NCBI GenBank assembly: GCA_963695575.1
Contig: CAVOGS010000009.1
Span: 3,329-67,328, forward strand
Reading direction: 5' to 3'
Source: an uncultured Chloroflexia bacterium
GTDB lineage: Bacteria > Chloroflexota > Anaerolineae > Anaerolineales > UBA11858
Length of the DNA stretch: 64,000 nucleotides
The notes under the pieces are model-generated. The model was given only the letters and a program-made list of their open reading frames with translations, did no database searches and was not told the DNA's origin. Both the position numbers and the translations under genes were made by a program. This document shows positions 37,542 to 47,336 of this stretch, one piece after another (position 1 is the stretch's first letter; each line of letters starts with the position of its first letter).

Positions 37542-39338
37542 CTAGATCTGGGCGTGGGTTTTGATCTCTTGCTGCATGCGATCCAAAAGATCATCAATAC
37601 TGATTGGATCCAATTGTTCGCCTGATCGCAAGCGGGGAGCGACGGTGCCAGCTTCCTGTTCGCGATCACCTACAACTAACATATAGGGGATCTTTAACTT
37701 TTCTGCGTCGCGGATCTTGGCACCCATCCGGTCGCTGCTGTCATTTACTGTGACCCGTAAACCTTCCGCTTTCATCTTCTCCGCTGCAGCGTAGACATAG
37801 TCCAGATTGCGATCGGTGATCGGGATCAAGACGGCCTGGGCAGGAGCCAACCAGAGTGGGAAGGCGCCGCCATAATGCTCAATCAAAACGCCCATGAACC
37901 GTTCAATGGATCCCAACAAAGCTCTGTGGATCATATAGGGCCGATGTTGTTTTCCATCTTCGCCTACATAGTTTAGGTCAAAACGATCCGGCAGGTTAAA
38001 ATCGAACTGGATCGTGCTCAGCTGCCATTCCCGGTCCAGGGCATCGATCATTTTCAGGTCGATCTTGGGACCGTAAAAAGCGGCTCCACCTTCATCGATA
38101 TCATAGTTCAGACCTGCTCGATCCAGGGCTTCCCGCAAGGCTTCAGTAGCGGCATCCCAGCGATCGACATCACCCGCTGATTTGTTTGGATCCCTTGTGG
38201 CCAGGTAAGCATGGAAATCCACCATTCCAAATCCGCGCAGGATGTGCAGGCAGAAATTCAGCACCCGGTCAATCTCTTCTGGCATCTGTTCGGGACTGCA
38301 GAAGATATGGGCGTCATCCTGTGTGAATCCGCGCACCCGCATCAAGCCGTGCAATACGCCGCTGCGTTCATAACGATAGACTGTGCCCCACTCTGCCCAT
38401 CGTAGCGGCAGATCCCGGTAGCTGTGGAGGGAGTTTTTGTAGATCATAATGTGGAAGGGACAGTTCATCGGTTTCAGAAAATAGGATTCCTGGTCAATGT
38501 CAAGCGAGGAATACATATTCTCTTCATACCAGGTTAAGTGACCGCTGGTTTCCCAAAGGTTGGCTTTCCCGATATGGGGGGTTGAGACAAACTCGTATCC
38601 GTTTTTGAGGTGTTCTTCCTGACAGTATTGTTCTGCTTTGTAACGAATATAAGCGCCATTGGGATGCCAGAGCACTAAACCACTGCCAACGTCGGGGTTG
38701 GTGCTGTACAGGTCCAGGTCTTTGCCCAGTCTGCGGTGATCGCGCCGTTTGGCTTCTTCCAGTTTCTCCAGATATAGATCAAGTTCATTCTTGGATTTCC
38801 AGGCTGTCCCGTAAATGCGCTGAAGCATAGGGTTGTGTTCATCGCCGCGCCAATATGCTCCCGCCACATTTAGTAATTTTATAGCTTTGGGATCGATCAG
38901 CTTGGTACTCTCGACATGAGGTCCCCGACAGAGATCCTCAAAATCATCATGGGTGTATGTTGAAATCACCGTTTCTTCATCCAGCGGTTCGCCATATTCA
39001 TCCAGTCCCCCGGCTTCGAGGCCGTCAATTAGGTCCAGCTTATAGGGCTGGTCCTTAAAGAGTTCCCTGGCTTCGTCAGCAGAGAGTTCGCGGCGGATGA
39101 AGCCGTGATCCTCTGAGAGGACTTTTTGCATCTTCTTTTCGATTTCTTCCAGATCTTCCGGGGTCAAGGCCCTGGGCAGATCAAAGTCATAATAGAATCC
39201 ATCGGCAATGGGAGGACCAATGGCGATCTTGGCTTTGCCTTCGGGGAAGATATCCCTGACAGCCTGAGCCATGACATGAGCAGCTGAATGCCTGATTTTC
39301 CACAATTCCGATCCCACATATTTATCTTTTGCCATCAT
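37542..39338 (-). CDS. thrS: Threonine--tRNA ligase (lacks the N-terminal TGS domain)
   Basis: This 598-aa ORF has the editing-domain HSAAHVMAQAV, a class II core (..FTQDDAHIF.., ..HRALLGSIERFMGVLIEHY..) and an anticodon-binding C-terminus. Confidence 0.95.
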   Translation of the reverse strand: MMAKDKYVGSELWKIRHSAAHVMAQAVRDIFPEGKAKIAIGPPIADGFYYDFDLPRALTPEDLEEIEKKMQKVLSEDHGFIRRELSADEARELFKDQPYKLDLIDGLEAGGLDEYGEPLDEETVISTYTHDDFEDLCRGPHVESTKLIDPKAIKLLNVAGAYWRGDEHNPMLQRIYGTAWKSKNELDLYLEKLEEAKRRDHRRLGKDLDLYSTNPDVGSGLVLWHPNGAYIRYKAEQYCQEEHLKNGYEFVSTPHIGKANLWETSGHLTWYEENMYSSLDIDQESYFLKPMNCPFHIMIYKNSLHSYRDLPLRWAEWGTVYRYERSGVLHGLMRVRGFTQDDAHIFCSPEQMPEEIDRVLNFCLHILRGFGMVDFHAYLATRDPNKSAGDVDRWDAATEALREALDRAGLNYDIDEGGAAFYGPKIDLKMIDALDREWQLSTIQFDFNLPDRFDLNYVGEDGKQHRPYMIHRALLGSIERFMGVLIEHYGGAFPLWLAPAQAVLIPITDRNLDYVYAAAEKMKAEGLRVTVNDSSDRMGAKIRDAEKLKIPYMLVVGDREQEAGTVAPRLRSGEQLDPISIDDLLDRMQQEIKTHAQI

Positions 39339-39344
39339 ATACCT

Positions 39345-39609
39345 CCATTAAAATAAAAGAACTCCTGCCAACTGGGGCAAGAGTTTCTCGCGGTTCCACC
39401 CAGAATTAAATCCAAATTAAGTATCTTGGATTCATCTCATAGGGCCTGTAACGGGGCCTAACGTTTCACCTTACTCTCTTTCGATTTCTGGTTACCGCTC
39501 GCGGGGGGTTTTCGTTGCGGGTCGCTCAAGAAAGCTCTCAATCTGTGGCTTTCAATCCCTGGTGAGGACTGATACAGCTACTCGTCCCGGTCAGCGCGTT
39601 TATTGATTG
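39345..39609 (-). promoter_or_regulatory. T-box riboswitch leader of thrS
   Basis: On the minus strand, the T-box sequence AATTCTGGGTGGAACCGCG (39389-39407) overlaps the terminator AACTCTTGCC / GGCAGGAGTT (39376-39385 / 39360-39369) plus CUUUUAUUUU. AGAGAG and GGUGAAA elements lie at 39461-39480. Confidence 0.8.
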
Positions 39610-39615
39610 CCCGTA

Positions 39616-39643
39616 ATTATAGCGTCTTTTTGTGGAAAATCAA
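39616..39643 (-). promoter_or_regulatory. Sigma70-type promoter of the thrS T-box leader
   Basis: TTGATT (39638-39643), a 16-nt spacer and TATAAT (39616-39621). Confidence 0.6.
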
Positions 39644-39664
39644 GTTGAATGAGCCTTTCCAGGT

Positions 39665-40987
39665 TCATCCGCCCATTTCTGTCATATAACTTTTGATCTC
39701 AGGGATAGTTGTCAGTTTTTCGTAGAAGAAGTTATTGACTATATTGATTACCTCGTCACGGGCCGCGGCGCCTGTCCTGGTGAGAGCTTCTCCCTGATTC
39801 TGTTCTTCCAGCGCACTCCTCAGTTTAAGGAGATGCTGAACAACGATGCTTTCCTCATCACCTTCCAGCGATTGGACCACTTCCAAAATCAAACTATCTG
39901 CCTGGGTCTGGACTTGTTCCGTTTTTATGCTTGACCCGGGGCGGCAGCATTCTTCCATCGTGCGAATCAGGGCCCAGACCTGATATAACATCGAGGATGG
40001 TTCATCAAATAGCTCCCGAATGATAGCCGCCTCGTTATAGCGGCCAGTCAGGCGAAAGATGTTGTACATCCGTTTGGCGGCCTTGCCATAGTTTATGTTC
40101 TTGGTGATGTATTTAGTGACCTCGTTTTCAAGCTGTTGAACATATTCATCCAGGGCGTTGGCAGAAACATGCTGGGAAATTTTAGAGAAGATTGGAATAT
40201 CTTCACCATCAAGGTATATTTCCTGGAAATAGGGATCTAAAAACCCATCCAGCGGAGTGATGGACCCATCAGGAGCTTCCCAGGTCACATCCAGCATATT
40301 GCTGGCATTAACAAGTTCACCCCGGATTGGGTCCGCGATGACCCAGTCGAGTTTGCACCATCCCGGCTGATCCGCAACATCGAGCCAATTTACTGTCATT
40401 GGATTACCTTCGGGCGCTGTGCCTGTGATGAACCCTGCTTTGATCTGGTCAATGGTCCAGGATATTGAGCTGCCCGCCGGGTGGACTTGTTCTCCAATTT
40501 TTATGTCGGCAGGAAATGAACCAAACCTGACCTCCATAAGCTGGAATGTCGGGCCAGATTCAGCTTCAATTGCTTTATCATGGATAATATCGGCCAGGAT
40601 TCGACAAGATTCGGCCCTGGTATCGGCCAGGATATTAATTCTTTCAAAATAGTCAGCATCACCCGGATAAATCTGGATCTTGGATTGGGCCGCGGAGCCT
40701 GAAAGGGCGAGTGCGGTTTCAACTTTGTTTGGAATGTCCCGGAATTCAACCAGTTGGCCAATCTTTCTGAAGTGAGCCAGATCCTCGGAGCTGAAATCCA
40801 GCATGGATACCTTGTGTCCAAACACACCGGTTCGGTGGTCAAAGACAATCTCGTCTTCGTCTTTGGTGTCCGCGATTGCTGTTAGCCACTGCCGGGCGGA
40901 GGCTTCATCCAGCTCAATGCCCAACCGTTTGGCTGAGTTGATCAAATGTCCTAGATCCTGTTTTGTCTGTTTGGGAGAATCCGACAT
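39665..40987 (-). CDS. Hypothetical protein with a Pol-beta-superfamily nucleotidyltransferase signature
   Basis: This 440-aa ORF reads LSGSAAQSKIQIYPGDADYFERI, which fits hG[GS]-x(9-13)-D-h-[DE]-h. The C-terminal half looks helical. I recognise no family. Confidence 0.55.
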   Translation of the reverse strand: MSDSPKQTKQDLGHLINSAKRLGIELDEASARQWLTAIADTKDEDEIVFDHRTGVFGHKVSMLDFSSEDLAHFRKIGQLVEFRDIPNKVETALALSGSAAQSKIQIYPGDADYFERINILADTRAESCRILADIIHDKAIEAESGPTFQLMEVRFGSFPADIKIGEQVHPAGSSISWTIDQIKAGFITGTAPEGNPMTVNWLDVADQPGWCKLDWVIADPIRGELVNASNMLDVTWEAPDGSITPLDGFLDPYFQEIYLDGEDIPIFSKISQHVSANALDEYVQQLENEVTKYITKNINYGKAAKRMYNIFRLTGRYNEAAIIRELFDEPSSMLYQVWALIRTMEECCRPGSSIKTEQVQTQADSLILEVVQSLEGDEESIVVQHLLKLRSALEEQNQGEALTRTGAAARDEVINIVNNFFYEKLTTIPEIKSYMTEMGG

Positions 40988-41099
40988 GTCAAGGTCTCCT
41001 TTCTAAAAATGCGTTGTGGTGAGTTTAGATAATAAAAAGCACAACAGGGTGGACCTTGTTGTGCTTTTATTCTACCCTGATATTCGGGACAGGATTCGT

Positions 41100-41525
41100 T
41101 TATTCTGGTGCCTGACATTCACCAATGAAAAAATCATATTCTGAACAGGTGCTGCCATCATTGAAGGTACAGATTGCCATTCCATCGCCAGCTTTGATGT
41201 TATAGCCCTGCCTCTGGCAGAAGGACCATTCTATAAAACAGCCCCCGGCGAGGAATTCCCATTCCTCACATTCTGTACCGTTCGGAAAGATGCAAATACC
41301 TTCTGTGCCAGCCTCGGTTTCGCGCATTTCTAACTCATAACCCATTTCCTGGCAGTAAAAGGAAGCCGGGTTGGGCACACCAATGAATGCATCTTCATCC
41401 CCATCTTCTTTAAGTTCAAAAGGTGTGGGAGTTGCTTCAGTGCCAAATCCCCGACAAGCCCCCAAAAGGACTGTCAGGATCAACAAGAGGATGATAATTC
41501 GATAAGATAGTTTGCTGGATTTCAT
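41100..41525 (-). CDS. DUF333-like (putative hemolysin family) lipoprotein with two Cys-rich repeats
   Basis: The ATG at 41525 follows AGGAG. The signal peptide has a lipobox (LLGAC). The repeats read NPASFYCQEMGYELE..GICIFPNGTECEEWEFLAGGC and FCQRQGYNIK..AICTFNDGSTCSEYDFFIGEC. Confidence 0.7.
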   Translation of the reverse strand: MKSSKLSYRIIILLLILTVLLGACRGFGTEATPTPFELKEDGDEDAFIGVPNPASFYCQEMGYELEMRETEAGTEGICIFPNGTECEEWEFLAGGCFIEWSFCQRQGYNIKAGDGMAICTFNDGSTCSEYDFFIGECQAPE

Positions 41526-41833
41526 ATAAGCTCCTGGAATTTTCGTTTCTCCCGGATAAGTTGGGCCATCTGCCCTTAACATGTAACTGATATCATTGTA
41601 CTTGATATTATATTGCTAGTAACTTTGCCAGCCACTGAATACCTAACAGAATTGAAATTTTGTGAGACATTCAGGACGCAATTCTGGATGTTTTGCAAGC
41701 TTACAGAACGGTAATTGTGTATTAAGAACCGATCCGACTTCGTGATGTAGAATAACTTCCATGCACTTCATTAAATTAGGCAGTAGAAAATTTCCTTTCC
41801 TGCTGCATTAGCAGATCGTTTATTTGTGTAAAA

Positions 41834-44800
41834 ATGAATAAAAACGGATATATCATCGACTCAATTGCGGCACCAGTGATGATTTTGAATAGCCAGGGGG
41901 TTATTCAGAAAGTCAATCACCCTGTCTTGGTTATGTTGGGTCTTGAGAAAATGGACGGCAGGAATATCAGGGACCTGATAGGTTCATCAGATCCCAGTGT
42001 TATCGATCAGGTCTTGGGAATTGTGGGTAAAGACGACCAGGAACATGTATTTGAGATTTGTTTAAAACACCAAAGCGGAGAGGAAATCAATACCAGAGTT
42101 ATGGCTGCGCCTGTCCGGAATGGAAATGGAAGCACGTCCGATGTGGTGTTTACCTTGAATAACAAACATGCGGCAGAGAATATTGATCCCAAATCTGAGA
42201 CCAATCAGAGCTTTGAAGAACTTCGCTGGTTAAGCGACCAGGGTCGGGCACTATTATCCATTCATGATTGGTCTGATCTGCTTGTTCATGCCGGGGAAGC
42301 GTATCTGGAGATCTGTAAACCAGCGTTTGTCCTCGTTCTCTCCCAGGAGGAATCCGACACTTTGAAATTGGAAGGGGTTCACGGCTTGGGAAAAGGGGCT
42401 CTGAAAAAAGTTGAAGGAATGCTTGGTCGGAAGTTATTAAATGGCAGATCTTTTGTTATTGAAGACCGATTTATTGGTGCTTACAGCAAACGGAGATTAA
42501 CCCATCATCCCGGGGGCCTGGAAAATTTTGCAATCAATCATGTTCCAGAAAAGATCTCCGGGAAACTTGCCAAAACATTTAACGTGCATGATGTATACAC
42601 TATTGGATTGGAAGGAAACCATAGTGTTCTGGGGTGCATATACATCCTGACCCAAATGCCGCAGCAGGAACTGCCTGTGGATTTGATCGAAGCCTACACT
42701 TTTCAAGTGGCACTCGCTCTTGAGAAGAATAAATATGCCCTGGACCTCAAAGAGAGTGAGCAGCGCTTCCAGATGATATTTGAGTATGCACCGGATGGAT
42801 ATTATATTAACGACAGTAAAGGAAAATTGATTGCTGGCAACCTGGCCGCTGAAAGAATGGTTGGATATGATCGGGAGGACCTATTAGGCAAAAAATTAAC
42901 AGATCTGGGTATTATGCCCCGGGAGCATCTTCCAAGAGCAGGAGCAATGTTTGCAAAAAATAAGCTGGGAAGATCGACAGGTCCTGATTGGTTCCCGCTG
43001 CTCCGCGGGGATGGCACTGTGGTGGATGCGGAAATCACGACTCATCCTGTCAAGATCAATGACCAATCCTTGACCCTGGGAATCGCCCGGGATATTACCA
43101 AGCGGAAAGAAGGGGAAAGGAATCTGACAAATTCCCATGAGAATTTAAAGAATGTCTTGGAGAATATTGACGCGCATGTCTATGTGGCTGACATGGAAAC
43201 GTTTGAGATCTTGTATATGAACCAGCGGATGATTAAGGATTTTGGGGGTGATTTCACGGGCCGGGTTTGTTTTGAGGTTTTTTGCGCCGAACAAAAAAGA
43301 TGTGATGTTTGTACAAATAACCGCCTGATTGATAGTGATGGAAAACCCGGGGAAACCGTGATCTGGGAGGGGATGAACCAGGTCACTGGAAAATGGTATC
43401 GTAATTATGACAGGGCTATCTATTGGCAGGATCAGAAGCTTGTTCGACTCCAAATCGCGGTAGATATCACTGATTTTATGAATGCATCAAAGGACCTGGA
43501 GGAAAGTGAACTGCGCTTTCGCTCTTTATTTGAATCGTCAGGAAATGCCTTGATGACATTATCTCCCCCGAATTGGACATTTACTTCTGGCAACTCAGCC
43601 CTGATGGAGTTATTTGGTTTCGAGGATGAACAAGAATTCCTGTCATACAGGCCCTGGGATCTCTCTCCTGAATATCAACCGGATGGCGCAAACTCCCAAA
43701 ATAAAGCCCTTGAAATGATCCAGTTATGCCTTGACCGGGGATCTAATGAATTTCACTGGATCCATAAGAAAAAAACCGGCGAGGAAATTCCTGCAGTTGT
43801 CCACCTCACCCGCGTTGATCTTGATCAAGAGTCTTTTGTGCAGGCCACAGTGATCGATATCACGGACAGGGCAAATTCAGACAGAATAATGTTTGAACAA
43901 ATGCAATACCTGAAAATAATTAATGATCTCAATATTGCGGCAAATCAGGGTTTAGATTTAGAGGGCATATTTAAACTATTTTCAGGTGAACTCAATAAAA
44001 TATATCAGGTTGTAGATACCCATATCTATTTGATCAATTCTGAAAGTCAATCCCTCTCCTCGAAATTATTGGAACCTACAACTGGGTTGAGAAAGATCAT
44101 CGAAGGGTATATGGGGGAATCTTTACCGTCCATGGTCACAATACCGTTAAAAACCAGTCCTTTTTATGAGGAGTTGGTGAAGTCAGAGACTGCCAGGATC
44201 ATAACTAACTCAGATATTATTGAAGGACTAATGGGCGAAACCTTAGTTTCGGTCTTGGGATCCAAAGCAGCAGGAAAGAAGATTTCAAAAATAGCTTCCA
44301 TGATTTATGAGCAGGCCAATATCCGATCTATGGCAATTTTGCCTTTAATATCAGGCAACAAGATCGTTGGCCTGGTGGATATTGTAGCAACCGAGAGCAT
44401 CCCTGATACTGCTCTGGGTTGGTTGAAGACAACAACCGACCAGCTCGCTGGAATCATCCAGAGTGTCCAGGCAAAGGCAGAGAGAGCATCCAGTATCAAG
44501 GAATTGGAGCTGATAAATAGAGCATTTGTGTTGGGCGGCCGATTGGAAACCCCGGATGAGATTTGTAAACTGCTTGCTGATGAGGTGCAGGGTGTGAATC
44601 CGGACGCGATAGTGATGGTAACTTTGCAGGACCCGGGTCAAAATGCGATTAGGATCAGAGCCCTGCGGGGTCTGGGTAAATTTGACAAACAGTTGACAAA
44701 AATCCTGGGTAAAAAACCCCAGGAGGTCGTGATTGATGTGTCTGAGCATGTCCTTGACGATAAATTGACAGAATTATTCACAAGTGGGAAATTAGAATTG

Positions 44801-47134
44801 ATCCCCAATGGGCTTTTTGATCTGACCAGGGGGTCAATCCCCAGGCAAATTTGCAGGGCAATTGAAAACACACTCGGGATTGATGGGATTTACTTTGTGG
44901 GTTTCGGATTGCATGGGGTATCTGTTGGAGGGTTGATCATTGGAACAAGGAAAGATCAAAAAGTTCAATTCCCGGCTGCGATCGAAACGATTTCGAACTA
45001 TTTTGCAGAGGTTTTTGAAACTCGTCGGGCACAAGATGAAGTATTGCAGAGGAAAAAACACCTCGAAGCTTTGCGGTCTGTTGAATTGGACATCACCAGT
45101 AAGCTGCATTTAGGGGATTTGCTTTTTTCAATCGCTGAAAAAGCGGCTGAGATCGTAAACGCCTCGGGATCAGGATTCAGCGTCTATAATGCCGAGAGAA
45201 ATTACCTTGATTATATTGCTTATACCGGCTTTGAAAAGCTTCCTGAACGGAGAATTATAGAAGTCGGGGAAGGGCTTTCTGGCAAGGTCTGGGAACAACA
45301 ACAAACGATAATCATCGAAAATTATGCTCTCTGGCCTGGCCGCTCAAAGACCTGGGAGGAGATAGGGAATTATTATTTAGCAGGCATACCGGTGTGTTGG
45401 GGAGAAGAATCACTTGGTGTATTGGAAGTGGCTCTGCCAGTCGGAGAAAAGTTATCACAGGCTGATATATCTCTACTGGAAATGTTTGCTGTCCAGGCCG
45501 CAATTGCTATCAAAAACGCCCAATTATACAGCAGAGAAAGAATCAAGCGCCAGGAAGCAGAAACCTTGCAGGAGGTCAGCCTGATGGTTAACAGCCACCT
45601 GGAACGATCAGAATTATTGGATTCTATTCTGATCGCGCTTCAGAATGTCGTTCCATATCACAGTGCATCGATCCAGCTGGTCCAGGGTGATTATGTTGTC
45701 ATTGAAGCTTTCAGAGGAGATGAGGGAACCAATGGAGTCATAGGAAAGAAATTTAAAATTTCTGAAAACACGCTGGCAAAACCTGTTCTGGCCGAGGGCA
45801 AAAACGTGATTCTTGATGATGTCAGCGATAATTCTGATTGGATAGCTGGCCCAGAAACTGCCGGGATCCATTCATGGATCGCTGTCCCCCTTACTGTTAA
45901 GGGAAACATAATTGGTTTGTTGACCCTGGATCATAAAAATATTGCCCAATATCAGGAAAAAGATGCTGAACTGGTCTTTAATTTTGCCACGCAGGTGGCA
46001 ATTGCTTTGGAGAACAGCACGCTTTTTGAAGATGCCAAGAACCGCCTCTTTAAAATTGAATCGCTAAGGCAGATCGACCTGGCAATCTCGGGAAGTGTTG
46101 ACCTGGATATCTCAATGAATGTGCTTGTGAGGCAGTTAATGAATTCGCTGGATGTTGATGCGGCAACAGTGTTGATCTTTAATGATCAGCTGAATTCGCT
46201 TCAATATATCGCCGGTCATGGTTTTGTCACCGATTCCCTGCAATATACGAGTTTGAGATTGGGAGAAGGTCTGGCTGGAAAAGCCGCCCTGCTTCGAGAA
46301 CTGGTGTACCTGGAGGATATTAGCAAACAGGAAACAAGTTTACAAAAATCGCCACATCTGCGGAATGAAAAATTTGTAAGTTACATCGCAGTTCCTTTGA
46401 TTGCCAAAGGTGAGGTGGTGGGTGTGTTGGAGGTTTTTCATAGGACAACCCTGGCTCCGGATGATGAGTGGATAAATTTCTTGAATTCCCTGGCCGGACA
46501 AGCTGCTATTGCGATAGATCGATTGAATCTATTCAAAGGTCTTGAGCGGTCCAATCTGGATCTGCTGAGGGCCTATGAAGCAACTATCGAAGGTTGGGCC
46601 AAAGCGATAGAGCTGCGCGATCAGGAAACCGAGGGTCATAGCAGAAGAGTTGTTGACCTCACCTTGCGGTTGGCGATGAGAATGGGATTCAGTGGGAAAT
46701 CTCTATTGAATATCCGCCGCGGGGCACTGCTCCATGATATTGGAAAGATGGCCATTCCGGATAATATTCTTCTTAAACCCGATAAATTAACGGAGGAAGA
46801 ATGGTCTATTATGCGAGAACATCCTGCCCATGCGATGAATATGCTTTCCCCGATCGAGTATTTGCAGGATGCATTGGATATTCCCCGCTTCCATCATGAG
46901 CGCTGGGATGGAAAAGGATATCCAGATGGATTGGTAGGGGAGCAGACTCCGCTGTCAGCCAGGATCTTTGCTGTGATCGATGTTTGGGACGCTCTGCAAT
47001 CTGACCGTCCTTACCGCCCGGGATGGTCAGTGCCGGAAGCACTCCAATATATTGAGGAAAACAGCGGATCCCATTTTGATCCGGATGTGGTTTCAGAGTT
47101 CCTGGATATGATCAAGACCAGCCAGGGGGATTAA
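41834..47134 (+). CDS. 1766-aa multi-PAS / multi-GAF sensor with a C-terminal HD-GYP phosphodiesterase domain
   Basis: This is an uninterrupted 5.3-kb ORF. It has several PAS-like modules (one with CFEVFCAEQKRCDVC) and repeated GAF ends (..AIALEN..LF / AIAIKNAQLY / AIAIDRLNLF). The C-terminus reads HSRRV..LLHDIGKMAIPD..HHERWDGKGYPDGL. Confidence 0.85.
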   Translation: MNKNGYIIDSIAAPVMILNSQGVIQKVNHPVLVMLGLEKMDGRNIRDLIGSSDPSVIDQVLGIVGKDDQEHVFEICLKHQSGEEINTRVMAAPVRNGNGSTSDVVFTLNNKHAAENIDPKSETNQSFEELRWLSDQGRALLSIHDWSDLLVHAGEAYLEICKPAFVLVLSQEESDTLKLEGVHGLGKGALKKVEGMLGRKLLNGRSFVIEDRFIGAYSKRRLTHHPGGLENFAINHVPEKISGKLAKTFNVHDVYTIGLEGNHSVLGCIYILTQMPQQELPVDLIEAYTFQVALALEKNKYALDLKESEQRFQMIFEYAPDGYYINDSKGKLIAGNLAAERMVGYDREDLLGKKLTDLGIMPREHLPRAGAMFAKNKLGRSTGPDWFPLLRGDGTVVDAEITTHPVKINDQSLTLGIARDITKRKEGERNLTNSHENLKNVLENIDAHVYVADMETFEILYMNQRMIKDFGGDFTGRVCFEVFCAEQKRCDVCTNNRLIDSDGKPGETVIWEGMNQVTGKWYRNYDRAIYWQDQKLVRLQIAVDITDFMNASKDLEESELRFRSLFESSGNALMTLSPPNWTFTSGNSALMELFGFEDEQEFLSYRPWDLSPEYQPDGANSQNKALEMIQLCLDRGSNEFHWIHKKKTGEEIPAVVHLTRVDLDQESFVQATVIDITDRANSDRIMFEQMQYLKIINDLNIAANQGLDLEGIFKLFSGELNKIYQVVDTHIYLINSESQSLSSKLLEPTTGLRKIIEGYMGESLPSMVTIPLKTSPFYEELVKSETARIITNSDIIEGLMGETLVSVLGSKAAGKKISKIASMIYEQANIRSMAILPLISGNKIVGLVDIVATESIPDTALGWLKTTTDQLAGIIQSVQAKAERASSIKELELINRAFVLGGRLETPDEICKLLADEVQGVNPDAIVMVTLQDPGQNAIRIRALRGLGKFDKQLTKILGKKPQEVVIDVSEHVLDDKLTELFTSGKLELIPNGLFDLTRGSIPRQICRAIENTLGIDGIYFVGFGLHGVSVGGLIIGTRKDQKVQFPAAIETISNYFAEVFETRRAQDEVLQRKKHLEALRSVELDITSKLHLGDLLFSIAEKAAEIVNASGSGFSVYNAERNYLDYIAYTGFEKLPERRIIEVGEGLSGKVWEQQQTIIIENYALWPGRSKTWEEIGNYYLAGIPVCWGEESLGVLEVALPVGEKLSQADISLLEMFAVQAAIAIKNAQLYSRERIKRQEAETLQEVSLMVNSHLERSELLDSILIALQNVVPYHSASIQLVQGDYVVIEAFRGDEGTNGVIGKKFKISENTLAKPVLAEGKNVILDDVSDNSDWIAGPETAGIHSWIAVPLTVKGNIIGLLTLDHKNIAQYQEKDAELVFNFATQVAIALENSTLFEDAKNRLFKIESLRQIDLAISGSVDLDISMNVLVRQLMNSLDVDAATVLIFNDQLNSLQYIAGHGFVTDSLQYTSLRLGEGLAGKAALLRELVYLEDISKQETSLQKSPHLRNEKFVSYIAVPLIAKGEVVGVLEVFHRTTLAPDDEWINFLNSLAGQAAIAIDRLNLFKGLERSNLDLLRAYEATIEGWAKAIELRDQETEGHSRRVVDLTLRLAMRMGFSGKSLLNIRRGALLHDIGKMAIPDNILLKPDKLTEEEWSIMREHPAHAMNMLSPIEYLQDALDIPRFHHERWDGKGYPDGLVGEQTPLSARIFAVIDVWDALQSDRPYRPGWSVPEALQYIEENSGSHFDPDVVSEFLDMIKTSQGD

Positions 47135-47256
47135 GGTCAGGCAATAATAAGATCTGGTCCGTTGATGAAATATCAAGTTGGGAATTTAAGCTCCCGTAAC
47201 CAAAATCCTCAGAAAGATATATATTGTAGCCTTTGTAAAAACTCCGGATTTGAGTC

Positions 47257-47284
47257 TTGACAAAGGCTCTTTTTATGCTATGAT
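47257..47284 (+). promoter_or_regulatory. Sigma70-type promoter of the ArsR-family gene
   Basis: TTGACA (47257-47262), a 16-nt spacer and TATGAT (47279-47284). Confidence 0.55.
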
Positions 47285-47293
47285 ATGTATATA

Positions 47294-47309
47294 ACCCGTT
47301 ACAACGGGT
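47294..47309. promoter_or_regulatory. Perfect palindrome, candidate operator
   Basis: ACCCGTT-AC-AACGGGT lies immediately downstream of the -10 and upstream of the SD of the ArsR-family gene. Confidence 0.5.
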
Positions 47310-47336
47310 AACCCGAATAAGTAAGAAAGAGGAGTA

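Noticed and set aside
39665-41582. Calling the nucleotidyltransferase-signature protein a CBASS or other defence cyclase.
   Set aside because: No adjacent effector, Cap-like accessory or TA partner is present, and the motif alone is shared by many NTase families. It is kept only as an orphan NTase-fold candidate.
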